Below are positions 29,556 through 40,403 of a stretch of DNA of 64,000 nt, piece by piece. Source of the DNA: Nitrospinaceae bacterium (GTDB lineage: Bacteria; Nitrospinota; Nitrospinia; Nitrospinales; Nitrospinaceae). The stretch covers positions 704,001-768,000 of the forward strand of contig OZ245011.1 of the NCBI GenBank assembly GCA_965223665.1, written 5' to 3'. The notes under the pieces are model-generated. The model worked only from the letters and a program-made list of their open reading frames with translations, had not been told where the DNA came from and ran no database searches. The position numbers and the translations under genes were made by a program. The first letter of the stretch is position 1. Each line of letters opens with the position of its first letter.

Positions 29556-29978
29556 TTAGCTCTCTAAACGCTGGGATCTTTTAAAACAAGATTCGATTTT
29601 GGGTAGATTTTCGGGAGGCACGGCTAAAATTTGGATTAATGTTCCCTTTTCATCCTGCTCAATGGATGCAATTGTATAACGGGTTAATTCTGATTCTGAA
29701 ACTTCACCCATATACTGAGATAATCCTGAAAGCAGGCCCAACCATTCCAAGTAAAGAAAAAACTCATCTTCTGTATTAGCAGGTTGAACCTGGTCTATCA
29801 CCTGAGGAAATTCGAGGTTTAATATTTTAGAAATATTAACTCCCAAAATGAATTCCTTTAAGGATTTTTGTCCTGAAATATCCTTACCGCAGGTTATTTT
29901 AGAAAAATCAAAATCCAATAACCTGTCTTTGGAATCTATCCATATTTTCATTAAAGAGGAAGAATCTTTACAAGGCAT
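29556..29978 (-). CDS. Hypothetical protein, possible divergent IscU/NifU-N fold
   Basis: PCKD...MKIWID...DFDF...CG..I...L.E...G pattern parallels IscU. Confidence 0.55.
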   Translation of the reverse strand: MPCKDSSSLMKIWIDSKDRLLDFDFSKITCGKDISGQKSLKEFILGVNISKILNLEFPQVIDQVQPANTEDEFFLYLEWLGLLSGLSQYMGEVSESELTRYTIASIEQDEKGTLIQILAVPPENLPKIESCFKRSQRLES

Positions 29979-30033
29979 TTTCTTTCCTTTTTGTAATCAA
30001 TTGTAATTATACCTCTCAAAGCCACGCAAATAT

Positions 30034-30876
30034 TTAAATTTTGATATTCATGGATATATCCACTGCCCGTGCAGAATGGGTTAAAGCTCCGACAGAAATA
30101 TAATCAATTCCTATTCCCGAATATTTCGATACATCATTTAGCCCTATGCTACCTGAAACCTCAATTTTTGCATTTTTATTTATTAAATTTACCGCCTCAC
30201 GAATCAATTCTAAATCCATGTTATCTAGCATAATGATATCAACTTTAGCATCAAGGGCTTCTTTAACTTCCTCTAGCGAACTAGTTTCTACTTCAATGAC
30301 ACCATTATAGGAAATATTTTTTTTCACATTTTCTACTGCTTGAGTTATTCCTCCCGAAATTTTAATATGATTATCCTTAATCAAAATCTGATCAAAAAGA
30401 CCGAATCGATGGTTTTTTGCTCCACCGCATTTAACTGCATATTTTTCAAAAATTCGTAACCCCGGGGTCGTTTTTCTTGTATCCAAAATTATTATTTCTT
30501 TAGCTTTTTTTACAAACTCTCTTGCCAATGTAGAAATACCACTTAACCTTTGCAAAATATTAAGAGCGGTTCTTTCCCCTGTTAGCAGGGCTTTGGCTTT
30601 TGCATTTATTGATAAAAAAACTGTACCCTGCAAAACAATGTCACCATCATTTATATTCGTATGTGAAAACTTTGACAAGGGATCTAATTTTTTAAAAACT
30701 TCTTTTATGATTTCTAACCCACACACAACCATTGTTTCTTTTGCAATTAGTTCTGCCTCAAAGACTAAGTCCTTTTGAACGGTTGCTTCTGTTGTAATAT
30801 CTCCTGATCCTAAATCCTCACCTAAAGAACATTGAATCAGGTCTTGAATCATTTCTTTATTTGGATGAACTTCCAT
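30034..30876 (-). CDS. nadC: Quinolinate phosphoribosyltransferase
   Basis: EDLGSGDIT, ERTALN, DTRKTTPG, HRFGL, IKDNH, MLDN. Confidence 0.96.
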   Translation of the reverse strand: MEVHPNKEMIQDLIQCSLGEDLGSGDITTEATVQKDLVFEAELIAKETMVVCGLEIIKEVFKKLDPLSKFSHTNINDGDIVLQGTVFLSINAKAKALLTGERTALNILQRLSGISTLAREFVKKAKEIIILDTRKTTPGLRIFEKYAVKCGGAKNHRFGLFDQILIKDNHIKISGGITQAVENVKKNISYNGVIEVETSSLEEVKEALDAKVDIIMLDNMDLELIREAVNLINKNAKIEVSGSIGLNDVSKYSGIGIDYISVGALTHSARAVDISMNIKI

Positions 30877-30946
30877 AATCCTTTAGAATAAAGTTTAGAA
30901 GTGTGATTAACGTAACATATCCTCGAGAATTTTCTACGGAAATTTT

Positions 30947-32014
30947 ATGAGCAATCCTTCCAATAAAAAGCGGGCCCAAGATCGAATTGATCGAATTCAT
31001 AGTTTCCGGATGGAATTAGCAGCACTTTCAGAAGAAGGAATATTTAATCTATCCTCTAAAGATAAAGAAAATATAGCTGATTATCATTCCAGTTTAATTA
31101 CCAAATTTAGCAATCAGTTTGATACCGATTCAACAGATACAGAGAAAAAAATGTCTCTAGGCATGCGTATTTTAACTTTCTTAGGGGGTTTAGCATTATG
31201 CGCTAGTATCTTTTTCTTTTTCTATCAAATTTGGGGTCACATTTCTACAAATATACAAATTACCATATTAATCCTTGCTCCAATTGTTTCATTGGTTTTA
31301 ATGGATTGGGCGGCTCGATTAGAACAAACTTTATACTATGCCACTTTATTGGCTCTATTGGCTTTCGTGTGTTTTGTATTAAACCTTCATGTGTTGGGAC
31401 AAATTTTTAACATTGCACCTTCCCAAAATGCATTTTTGATATGGGGAGTATTTGGGATCTTTATTGCTTATTATTTAGGGTTAAAACTTCTTTTGGTTGC
31501 TGGATTACTTTGCATTTTGGGATATATTTCTGCGACTGTTGGGGTTTGGTCTGGTTTATATTGGCTTTCATTTGGAGAACGACCGGAAAATTTCTTAATT
31601 GCTGGATTCTTAATTTTGTTAATTCCCATAATTTTCAAACATCGAATCTATTTTGATTTTCCTTGGATTTATCATTTAGTAGGCTTATTATCAATTTTTA
31701 TTTCTGTGTTGATATTATCTAATTGGGGAGGAGGGAGTTACCTGTTATTCGATTCATCAAATATTGAAATATTTTATCAGACGTTAGGTTTTTTTCTTAG
31801 TGCTTCGGTGGCTGGATTAGGAATTCGATTTAAACAAAATGGTGTCATCAATATAGGTGTAACTTTTTTTACAATCTTTTTATACACAAAGTTCTTTGAC
31901 TGGTGGTGGGACCTCCTCCCTAAATATCTTTTCTTTTTGGTTGTTAGTGGAGTTTCAATAGGATTACTTACATTGTTCAAAACATTAAGAAAATCTTTGA
32001 AGGTAATTGGATGA
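30947..32014 (+). CDS. DUF2157-like multi-pass membrane protein
   Basis: ~9 TM helices, LGQIFNI, TKFFDWWW. Confidence 0.7.
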   Translation: MSNPSNKKRAQDRIDRIHSFRMELAALSEEGIFNLSSKDKENIADYHSSLITKFSNQFDTDSTDTEKKMSLGMRILTFLGGLALCASIFFFFYQIWGHISTNIQITILILAPIVSLVLMDWAARLEQTLYYATLLALLAFVCFVLNLHVLGQIFNIAPSQNAFLIWGVFGIFIAYYLGLKLLLVAGLLCILGYISATVGVWSGLYWLSFGERPENFLIAGFLILLIPIIFKHRIYFDFPWIYHLVGLLSIFISVLILSNWGGGSYLLFDSSNIEIFYQTLGFFLSASVAGLGIRFKQNGVINIGVTFFTIFLYTKFFDWWWDLLPKYLFFLVVSGVSIGLLTLFKTLRKSLKVIG

Positions 32015-32877
32015 AACGGTTCGGATTGTATATTGCTATAGCAATTGTAATGATTACCAATGTAATCATTTTATCCGGTGTGGCTTATAATCGATCGGGT
32101 AATCCTGAGTTTTCCATAGACTTAACTGAAAGAGAACTTCCCTTAAAACATATTTCAAAAGAAAACTCAGGACTTTTTCTAAGTTTAAATTGGAACATGC
32201 AAGGAAAAACTATAAATGGTTCAAACTCACCGAAAAATAATTGGCTAAATAAATCAAAATTGGAACAATTAGGATTTAATACAAGTTTTCCATTAGATAC
32301 AAAAAGGTCTTGGGAACAATACTACAGTCAATTACCCAAAGAAGCTTTTATAGTATTGGAGTATGAAGGAGACGCATGGGAAAAATGGGAAACAAAATTG
32401 AAGAATGAAATTAGAACTCTAAAAGAAAAGCTTGGTAAAGAAACAATAAAAAAGTCTATAAATTTTCAGAAAAGAAGGATTAGGAATCTGGAGTGGGATT
32501 TATATTATAAAAGCCGTTTATATGCAATTGATGCAGGAATAAATCTATTTAGTTTAAAAGAAAAATACCCAAATCAATCAAATTATTTAATAGTTCCAGG
32601 AACCATAAAAATTCAAAAGTATAATTTATCTGAATTTAATTCTGAGGGGAAAAAAATAAATAAACCTTATTTAAGTGGATATATTAAAGAATTGAGTATT
32701 ATGGATATTTATGTTCCAAGTGATCAAAAAGATATTTTAAAAAACTTACCACCTAGGGTTCCAAAATACTCAAATGAAAAGATGGATGGGATAGAAATAA
32801 AACCACGTTATAAGGTTCAATTAAATCTAGGAAAGCGTTTAGAACCTTGGATACAGAATATTACTCGTCTTAATTGA
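32011..32877 (+). CDS. DUF4824-like membrane-anchored protein
   Basis: GVAYNRSG, LTEREL, KLEQLGF, SRLYAIDAG, GKRLEPWI; ATGA overlap with previous gene. Confidence 0.7.
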   Translation: MKRFGLYIAIAIVMITNVIILSGVAYNRSGNPEFSIDLTERELPLKHISKENSGLFLSLNWNMQGKTINGSNSPKNNWLNKSKLEQLGFNTSFPLDTKRSWEQYYSQLPKEAFIVLEYEGDAWEKWETKLKNEIRTLKEKLGKETIKKSINFQKRRIRNLEWDLYYKSRLYAIDAGINLFSLKEKYPNQSNYLIVPGTIKIQKYNLSEFNSEGKKINKPYLSGYIKELSIMDIYVPSDQKDILKNLPPRVPKYSNEKMDGIEIKPRYKVQLNLGKRLEPWIQNITRLN

Positions 32878-32886
32878 GATAATTTC

Positions 32887-34161
32887 TTGAACTCAGCTAT
32901 TCTTCCTACAAAATTAGTTTTAAATGAAATAAAAAAAGCAAATCAATCGGATCGCCTTGATCCTTCTCCTGGGGATCAACCTGAAAAATGTATTGAGTTA
33001 ATTGACCCTTCAAATAGCAAAGTTTGGGGGTTCATTGTTGTTGATAACACTCAGCGGGGTCCAGGTTTGGGGGGAATTCGTATTGCCCCTGATTTAACTT
33101 TGAATGAGGTAAAACGTTTGGCCAGGGCTATGACCCTAAAGAACAGTGCGGCAAATCTTCCTTTTGGAGGTGGAAAATCTGGAATTAAATTTGATCCAAT
33201 ATTCTTAAATCAGAATCTGGGGTTAAAGCGAGATTTAATTGGAATATTTGCTGAAGCCTTATTTAAGGTTGAGGACTATATATCCGCCCCTGATATGGGA
33301 ACAAATGAAAACGATGTTCAACAAATTTATGAAATTTTTTCGAACAAACTTGGGACTTTTGAACATCTAAGAGGTGGTTCCTCTCGGCCTCCGGATAAGG
33401 GTGGAATACCGATAGATGAATGGGGATTAACGGCACATAGTCTATTCATTTCTATGAAAACTTTGGAAAAGATCAATCCGGATTTTGACCTCTTTAACAG
33501 CCGTGTCATCATTCAAGGTTATGGAAATGTAGGATCCCATACAGCAACAAAATTAAGTAACTATGGAGCAAAGATTGTTGGAGCTTCTGACATTCATGCA
33601 GCCCTATGGAATTCTGACGGCTTAGATGTTAATGAATTAAATAGAATCAGAGTTAGGCCAAATGGCTTATCAAATTATTCCAAGAAAATTGAAAAACGTT
33701 TTTCATCAGAAAAATTAAATTGGTTATTGGAAGGCCCTTGTGACATATTAATACCTGCTGCAAGACCAGATTCAATTACAGCAAAAAATGCAGACAGAAT
33801 TCAATGTAAAATGATTTTTCAAGGGGCCAACTCACCCAGTAATAAAATGACAGAATTTTATTTGCAAAATCGACGTGGAATCATTTCTTTTTCGGATTTT
33901 ATTGTTAATGTAGGCGGGGTGATGGGATGTGCCGTAGAATTAAAAATGACTTCGGATAAAGATTATTGCAATAAAGTATTATCTTCAGACGGAAATGGAA
34001 AAAATTACTTGGAAAACTTGATCCAAAAAACAGTTTCAAGTAACATTCAGTTTTTATGGAATCGGCTTAACAGTTCTTCTTCTCAAGATACTATTTTTCG
34101 AGAAGAGGCAATAATTTTAGCAGAAAAACGATTAACAAATTGCCAAGAGATTTGGTTATAA
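32887..34161 (+). CDS. Glu/Leu/Phe/Val dehydrogenase
   Basis: GPGLGGIR, MTLK, GGGKSG, APDMGT, QGYGNVG, GAN. Confidence 0.9.
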   Translation: MNSAILPTKLVLNEIKKANQSDRLDPSPGDQPEKCIELIDPSNSKVWGFIVVDNTQRGPGLGGIRIAPDLTLNEVKRLARAMTLKNSAANLPFGGGKSGIKFDPIFLNQNLGLKRDLIGIFAEALFKVEDYISAPDMGTNENDVQQIYEIFSNKLGTFEHLRGGSSRPPDKGGIPIDEWGLTAHSLFISMKTLEKINPDFDLFNSRVIIQGYGNVGSHTATKLSNYGAKIVGASDIHAALWNSDGLDVNELNRIRVRPNGLSNYSKKIEKRFSSEKLNWLLEGPCDILIPAARPDSITAKNADRIQCKMIFQGANSPSNKMTEFYLQNRRGIISFSDFIVNVGGVMGCAVELKMTSDKDYCNKVLSSDGNGKNYLENLIQKTVSSNIQFLWNRLNSSSSQDTIFREEAIILAEKRLTNCQEIWL

Positions 34162-34190
34162 TCCCAAAGTTAATTTTATGAGGTAAACAA

Positions 34191-34394
34191 ATGGCAGGTA
34201 ATGTTAGCAATTTAGAACGACTTTTTAGAATAATAGCAGGTACAAGCCTCATGGTTTGGGGACTTCCAATGGGTGGACTGTTGGGCTGGAGCTTGGCTGT
34301 TTTGGGAGTAATTTTTATTATTTCAGGGTTAGGAGGGACCTGCCCCATTTATTCATTTTTTGGAATAAGCACCAAATCTTGTTCGATAAAATAA
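34191..34394 (+). CDS. DUF2892 (YgaP-like) small membrane protein
   Basis: NVSNLERLFRIIAG...CPIYSFFGIST; GAGG RBS. Confidence 0.85.
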   Translation: MAGNVSNLERLFRIIAGTSLMVWGLPMGGLLGWSLAVLGVIFIISGLGGTCPIYSFFGISTKSCSIK

Positions 34395-34405
34395 TTTATG
34401 GAAAG

Positions 34406-35359
34406 TTACAACCCATCTCTTCCATAAACTTCATTCAAAATTTTATCTGCTCCTCGAGATAATAATTCTTCTGCAAGTTCTTTCCCGATTTTTCCTGGAT
34501 CTACTGTGGATCCCTTTTTTTGAGAACGAATAATTGTTTTTCCATCTAAACTACCCACTAAACCGTCAATCTCTAAATCCATTCCTTCCACCGTTGCATA
34601 TACTCCAATTGGAACTTGACAACCCCCTTCGAGTCTTTTTAAAAAACCTCTTTCTGCATCTAAAGCCAAATGAGTTTCTTCATGGTCCAATGGAAAAAGC
34701 ATATTCATAGCACCCATATCACCTCTGCGGGTTTCAATACCCACGGCGCCCTGACCTCCTCCGGGCAGCATTATTTTTGGAGAAATATATTCTGTTATGA
34801 GTTCTTGTTTTCCCAATCGAATCAGACCGGCAGCAGCCAAAATGACAGCATCTAAATTTTCTGTATCCATTTTTTTTAACCGAGTTTCGACATTGCCTCT
34901 TAACGGAATAACTTCTAAATCTGGTCGGAAATGTAATAATTGAGTGGTTCTTCTAAAGCTCCCAGTCCCCACTCTGGCTCCTTTAGGTAATTTTTCTAAA
35001 CCTAGATTATTTTTTGAAATTAAAGCATCCCGTGGGTCTTCTCTTTCTGTAACAACCGAAATTGTCAAGGCAGTTGGTAAATCCATGGGAACGTCTTTCA
35101 TACTATGAACAGCGAGGTCAGTTTCACTTCGTAATAAACTTTCTTCAATCTCTTTGGTAAAAAGGCCCTTTCCTCCAACTTTCGCCAAGGGGACATCTTG
35201 TATCTTATCCCCGGATGTTTTAATTTTTACCAATTCAACTACGAGACCTCCATGCTCTTCCTCTAATTGAGACTTAATCCAATTTGATTGCCATAAAGCA
35301 AGAGGGCTTCCACGGGTTCCTATTCGGAGATTATTTCTAAAATAAAGAGTGTTTTTCAT
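34406..35359 (-). CDS. hemC: Hydroxymethylbilane synthase
   Basis: IGTRGSPLALWQ, KGLFTKE, VHSMKD, RGNVETRL, GGCQVPI. Confidence 0.96.
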   Translation of the reverse strand: MKNTLYFRNNLRIGTRGSPLALWQSNWIKSQLEEEHGGLVVELVKIKTSGDKIQDVPLAKVGGKGLFTKEIEESLLRSETDLAVHSMKDVPMDLPTALTISVVTEREDPRDALISKNNLGLEKLPKGARVGTGSFRRTTQLLHFRPDLEVIPLRGNVETRLKKMDTENLDAVILAAAGLIRLGKQELITEYISPKIMLPGGGQGAVGIETRRGDMGAMNMLFPLDHEETHLALDAERGFLKRLEGGCQVPIGVYATVEGMDLEIDGLVGSLDGKTIIRSQKKGSTVDPGKIGKELAEELLSRGADKILNEVYGRDGL

Positions 35360-36634
35360 TTAGTCATCTAGATGAAATAAGTCGCGGATTGCTTTTAGAT
35401 AGGATTGACCATCAGAGCTTTGGGTTTTTCTTTTTAAATTAACGGTAGGCTTATGCAACAGCTTATTTATTATAGAATTTGTCATCTGATGAAGAGACTG
35501 TTTTTCTTCTTCAGAAAGATTAGGCATTCGTTTCAGAGTTTTTTCAACTTCATGTTGACGGAGTTGTTCCGCCCTTTTCCTGAGCTCCACAATGGTCGGG
35601 ACAGCATCTAATGATTCCACCCAGTTATTAAATTTACCAACTTCGAACTGGATGATTTCCATTGCCCGCTCAGCTTCTTTTTGTCTTTCAACTACGTTAG
35701 CATTGACAACGGTTTGCAAATCATCAATATCATACAAATAAACATTTTCCAAACTATTGACCTCAGGTTCAATATCTCTTGGAACTGCAATATCAATTAA
35801 AAACATAGGTCGATTTTTCCGTTGATGAATCGCTTCTGCCACTAAATTTTTATGAATAATAAAATTTGGAGCGGCGGTGGAACTAATCACTATATCGGCA
35901 CGATGCAATTCATTTTTAAAATCATCAAATCCAAGAGCACTTCCGTTAAGGGTTTTTGCTAAATTAATTGCCCGTTCATAGGTCCTGCTTGCAACATATA
36001 CCGTTTTTACACCATAATTTATTAGATGCTTGGCTGCTAGCTCAGCCATTTCACCTGTCCCAACCAGCATCACTGTGTGATTATCTAAATCATCAAAAAT
36101 TTTCCTGGCTAATTCAACCGCTGCGGAACTGATTGATACTGCACTTTCAGCAATCCCTGTTTCTTCCCGAACTTTTTTTGCAACATTGAAAGCTTTCTCA
36201 AATAATTGATTTAGTATGATTCCGGTAGTCCGCAAGGATTTGGCAAGACTATATGCATCCTTTACCTGACCCAAAATCTGAGACTCTCCTACCACCATGG
36301 AATCCAGACTGGAGGAGACTCTAAACAAATGTTCAACGGTTTCTTGTTCTTTATATGTATAAAAATGCTGCTCTAGAAGTTCTATTGGTATTTGGTGATA
36401 TTCAGAGAGAAATTTTTTAAGACGTAATATGCCTCCATTAACATCATTAACCCGAGCATAAATTTCTACACGATTGCAGGTGGAAATAATTAAATTTTCA
36501 TTTATTTCAGGAAAAGTGCAAAGTTTTTCGGTTGATTCTTCAATGGCACCAGAAGTAAAGGCAAGTTTTTCTCGTAACTCGACTGGAGTCGATTTATGAT
36601 TAACACCGACTAAAACTAAATTAGATTCTGCCAT
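35360..36634 (-). CDS. hemA: Glutamyl-tRNA reductase
   Basis: STCNRVE, LDSMVVGESQILGQ, GTGEM, DIAVPRD. Confidence 0.96.
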   Translation of the reverse strand: MAESNLVLVGVNHKSTPVELREKLAFTSGAIEESTEKLCTFPEINENLIISTCNRVEIYARVNDVNGGILRLKKFLSEYHQIPIELLEQHFYTYKEQETVEHLFRVSSSLDSMVVGESQILGQVKDAYSLAKSLRTTGIILNQLFEKAFNVAKKVREETGIAESAVSISSAAVELARKIFDDLDNHTVMLVGTGEMAELAAKHLINYGVKTVYVASRTYERAINLAKTLNGSALGFDDFKNELHRADIVISSTAAPNFIIHKNLVAEAIHQRKNRPMFLIDIAVPRDIEPEVNSLENVYLYDIDDLQTVVNANVVERQKEAERAMEIIQFEVGKFNNWVESLDAVPTIVELRKRAEQLRQHEVEKTLKRMPNLSEEEKQSLHQMTNSIINKLLHKPTVNLKRKTQSSDGQSYLKAIRDLFHLDD

Positions 36635-36635
36635 T

Positions 36636-37424
36636 TTAAACGTGTAAAAAATAAGTAAATATTACAATGATAAAACCAATTATAGAGCCTTGCGCAGCTT
36701 TTTTCCCCCTAAGCCCTACTATAAACCTTCCAAAAAATACTAGTCCATAAATCACCCAGCCAATTACCAGGGGCCAAGTTTTTAAAATATCCCAGGAAAA
36801 TAATGAAATTTGGTTACTTTGTGCACTCCAAAAGGAACCGGTAATAAAGCCCATGGTAAATAAAGGGAATCCTACCGCAATCACATTATAATTGAGGCTG
36901 TCCAGTTTCTCTAAAGAAGGCATTCGGAAATACATAATACCCAATTTCTTAGATTTTACCTGCTGTTCCTGGATAAGGTACATTAAACCCACAGCAAATG
37001 CTATTGCAAAAGCTGCATATCCTAAGACTGAAAGGGTCCTATGTAAAGTAAGTAAAACCCTAAATTCAGAATCCGGAAAATCAACCACTTCCTTGGATAA
37101 AAAGGCGGCATATAGAAGTATAAAAAAAGCCACGGGAATAACAAAAGATCCCAAATCCTTAATCCTGTATTTTAAATGAGTAATGAAGAAGATAATTACA
37201 ATTAACCATGAAAGGAATACGGCAACTTCGAAGGAGGTTGTATATGGACCATGGCCTGTAAGTTGAGACCTCAATCCTATAATTGTGGTATGTGCAAGTA
37301 GCCCAACGGCTACGGTTATGGTTGCTAAAGTGGAAACTAAAGGTTTTCTATAAATTAAATATACAAAAAACTCAAGAGAAGCCACCAAGTAGCTTAAAAT
37401 TGCAATATTATATGTAATTACCAT
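36636..37424 (-). CDS. ccsA: Cytochrome c assembly CcsA/HemX-family membrane protein
   Basis: 8 TM, GHGP, TLH, PSLEKLD, TGSFW..SWD; upstream of hemA. Confidence 0.75.
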   Translation of the reverse strand: MVITYNIAILSYLVASLEFFVYLIYRKPLVSTLATITVAVGLLAHTTIIGLRSQLTGHGPYTTSFEVAVFLSWLIVIIFFITHLKYRIKDLGSFVIPVAFFILLYAAFLSKEVVDFPDSEFRVLLTLHRTLSVLGYAAFAIAFAVGLMYLIQEQQVKSKKLGIMYFRMPSLEKLDSLNYNVIAVGFPLFTMGFITGSFWSAQSNQISLFSWDILKTWPLVIGWVIYGLVFFGRFIVGLRGKKAAQGSIIGFIIVIFTYFLHV

Positions 37425-37566
37425 TACAAAGTTATTTTATCTTATATAGGTTTTTGTCATCCTAACATCAAACCTTAATCCATTCAATAGGTTACAGAGA
37501 TGAGACTAATGGAAATAAGGGTTGGCCGACCAAATAATAAGGTTTAAAAAAAACTTATTATAAATT

Positions 37567-37595
37567 TGTTACAAAATTGGCACATATTTGTAACA
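37567..37595. promoter_or_regulatory. Inverted repeat, candidate transcription-factor site
   Basis: TGTTACAAA-N11-TTTGTAACA in the divergent ccsA / FIST intergenic region. Confidence 0.4.
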
Positions 37596-37726
37596 TAAAC
37601 GTAACCCTTTAAAATATAATAGGTTCAATATATCCCTTTCTCCATACACTTGTTTTTGCTTTACATAGAATTTTCAAATTAATTTTACCTTAGTTCTCAG
37701 TTTTAAACCTGGAGTTAATACAATAC

Positions 37727-38875
37727 ATGAAAGTTGAACAATTTTTTTGGAACAAAACACAAGGTTGGAGCCAAGAAATTGCCAAAACTTTTAATGAAAA
37801 TGCCAATTTAGTTTTTATTTTTGGGGGAAAGGATGTATTAGATAAAAAGGAGATTTTTGACTTTTTAAGGCAGAATTTTCCTAAAGCAATTTTAGTTGGG
37901 TGTTCTACTGCAGGAGAAATATATGGTACTAGGGTATTTGACGACACTTTAGTTGTTACTGCGGTTATTTTAGAATATTCCACTGTTAAAATAGAAAAAA
38001 TCGACATTAAAGAAATTAAAGAGAGCTTTAATGCAGGACAAAAATTAGCAGATTGTCTCGACAAAAACGAATTGACTCATGTAATCATTTTTTCTGAGGG
38101 AATTACCGTTAACGGATCTGAACTTGTTAATGGTTTATTGTCAAGACTACCGGAGGGAATTGGAGTCACAGGTGGCTTAGCCGGAGATGGGGGAAAATTT
38201 CAAGAAACTTTAATTTGTGCCAATGGAATTCCCCAAAAGGGTCAAATTGCTGCTTTAGGATTTTATGGCTCTAAAATTAAATTTGGTTATGGTGCCAAGG
38301 GAGGTTTTGTCCCATTTGGCCCGGAACGTTTGGTCACCAAAGCAGATGGAAATATTTTATATGAACTGGATGGGCAGTCAGCACTGGATATATATAAAAA
38401 ATACTTAGGAGAAGAAAAAACTGAAGATTTAGCAACAAATCAATTTTATTTTCCTTTAACTTACCGGAAGGCTGGAATGAAAACGGGAGTTGTCCGAACA
38501 ATCCTATCAATCAATGAGGAAGATAAAACAATGACATTTGCGGGTGACATTTCTGAAGGTGGCTATGCGAAAATGATGAAAGCTAGTCATGACAAATTAA
38601 TTGACGGCTCTAATTTAGCAGCAACCGTAACATTAGACTCTATTACAGACAGGAAAAGTGTCGCCTTGGCTCTTTTAATAAGCTGTGTAGGAAGAAAAAT
38701 TATTTTAAAACAAAGGGTGGAAGAAGAAATAGAAGAGGTTAATGAAATCCTTGGTAAAGAGGTAAAGTTAATGGGTTTTTATTCCTATGGAGAAATAGCC
38801 CATTTCACACCAAATGAAAAATGTGATTTACACAATCAAACCATGTCAATTACAGCGTTCTATGAGGCAGAATAA
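37727..38875 (+). CDS. FIST (FIST_N + FIST_C) sensory protein
   Basis: GCSTAGEI, GGLAGD, ELDGQSAL, SCVGRK, GFYSYGEI, LHNQTM. Confidence 0.92.
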   Translation: MKVEQFFWNKTQGWSQEIAKTFNENANLVFIFGGKDVLDKKEIFDFLRQNFPKAILVGCSTAGEIYGTRVFDDTLVVTAVILEYSTVKIEKIDIKEIKESFNAGQKLADCLDKNELTHVIIFSEGITVNGSELVNGLLSRLPEGIGVTGGLAGDGGKFQETLICANGIPQKGQIAALGFYGSKIKFGYGAKGGFVPFGPERLVTKADGNILYELDGQSALDIYKKYLGEEKTEDLATNQFYFPLTYRKAGMKTGVVRTILSINEEDKTMTFAGDISEGGYAKMMKASHDKLIDGSNLAATVTLDSITDRKSVALALLISCVGRKIILKQRVEEEIEEVNEILGKEVKLMGFYSYGEIAHFTPNEKCDLHNQTMSITAFYEAE

Positions 38876-40396
38876 ATGCACAAACTTTTAAAAAGGCAAC
38901 TAAAGAAATATTTGGGAGAAAAGCTGCCTGATGTACCCGAATACCAAAATTTTTTAAATGCTGTTAATGAAGCCTACGAGCAAGCGGATATCGATTATAA
39001 AATGCTTGAACGGGTAATGGAGCTTGCTTCTGAAGAATTACAAGAAAAATACGAAGAAAATAAGAATAAGATGGCCAAAATAGAAATAGCAAAAAAAGAA
39101 ATTGGCCGATTAAATCAACAAATCGAATTGATTCTCAATTCTGCTGGAGAGGGAATTCTTGGGCTTAATAAAAATGGTGAATTAACATTCATCAACTTGG
39201 AAGCAGCCAAACTATTAGGAACAACTTCAAAAGAAATAATTGGAAAAAGCTTTTTTGCAAATTTTCATCATACAAATGAATTTGGAAAACCAATTCCCAA
39301 AGAAAATTCTCCAGTCTTTAAAACTTTAAATGCCGGTTCTATTGAACGACATACTGAAGTGTTTTGGAAAATTAATAAATCCAGTTTTCCCGTGGAATTT
39401 ATTAGTACTCCCATAAAGGAGGGAGATGAATTGCTAGGTGCAGTCATTACCTTCCAAGATATTTCCCAACGCAAAGAAGTTGAAAATACATTAAAGTTAG
39501 TAAATGTAATTTTAGATAAACGTGTCCAAGAAAGAACCCAGGAATTAAAGAAAGCTTATGAGCAAAAAGATATTGAAATAGAAGAGCGACGAAAAATTGA
39601 ACAAGAATTATTGAAATCAAAAAAAGAAGCCGAACATGCCAATCAAGCAAAGTCGGAATTTCTTGCAAGGGTTAGCCATGAGTTACGAACACCCATGAAT
39701 GCAATTTTGGGTTTCGGTCAGCTTTTAGAGCGGGAAATAGCTTCACAGGCAAATAGAGAGGTTTTTGAATCCTATATTTCCAAACTTTTGGATTCAGGAA
39801 CTCACTTACTTAGTTTGATTGAAGAAGTTCTTGATATTTCAAATATTGAAACAGGACAAATGATTGTGCATAAAAAATGTATCAATCTTTCTGAATTATT
39901 AGATGAAATAAATCCAATAATTTTACCTTTGGCTCAAGAAAAAGTTGTCACAGTAAAAACACAACTCCCTGAGAACTTGAAATTAAATGTGATTGCTGAT
40001 CCCTTACGGTTAAAACAAGTTTTTGTCAATCTTGCTAATAATGCCATTAAATTTAATAAACCCAATGGGTTTGTTATGATAACAGTTCATGCTAATGGGC
40101 CCGAAAACTTTTTAAATATCGACTTTTTTGACTCAGGAATTGGAATTCCCGAGGATAAACAAGATCAAATATTTGATCCTTTTATTAGAGCACATGAAAA
40201 TGATCCTAACTTTTCCCAAGGATCAGGAATGGGATTAACCATATCCAAGCAATTAGTTGAGTTAATGGGAGGACGTATCTCAATCAATAGTGTAGTTGGA
40301 GAAGGTAGTTGTGTTTCTGTGGTAATGCCAATTTGGAATGAAAATAATATAACCGCGTCAAAGGAAAAGTCTGAAGCTCCCTCTTCAACAGTTTAG
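38876..40396 (+). CDS. PAS sensor histidine kinase
   Basis: [10 protein letters not shown]-helix, PAS (NSAGEGI...FQDISQRK), [22 protein letters not shown]. Confidence 0.92.
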   Translation: MHKLLKRQLKKYLGEKLPDVPEYQNFLNAVNEAYEQADIDYKMLERVMELASEELQEKYEENKNKMAKIEIAKKEIGRLNQQIELILNSAGEGILGLNKNGELTFINLEAAKLLGTTSKEIIGKSFFANFHHTNEFGKPIPKENSPVFKTLNAGSIERHTEVFWKINKSSFPVEFISTPIKEGDELLGAVITFQDISQRKEVENTLKLVNVILDKRVQERTQELKKAYEQKDIEIEERRKIEQELLKSKKEAEHANQAKSEFLARVSHELRTPMNAILGFGQLLEREIASQANREVFESYISKLLDSGTHLLSLIEEVLDISNIETGQMIVHKKCINLSELLDEINPIILPLAQEKVVTVKTQLPENLKLNVIADPLRLKQVFVNLANNAIKFNKPNGFVMITVHANGPENFLNIDFFDSGIGIPEDKQDQIFDPFIRAHENDPNFSQGSGMGLTISKQLVELMGGRISINSVVGEGSCVSVVMPIWNENNITASKEKSEAPSSTV

Positions 40397-40403
40397 TTTA
40401 AAC

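Noticed and set aside
37577-37593. Possible sigma54 promoter TTGGCAC...TTGTA
   Set aside because: Spacing is one base short and the -12 reads GT, not GC
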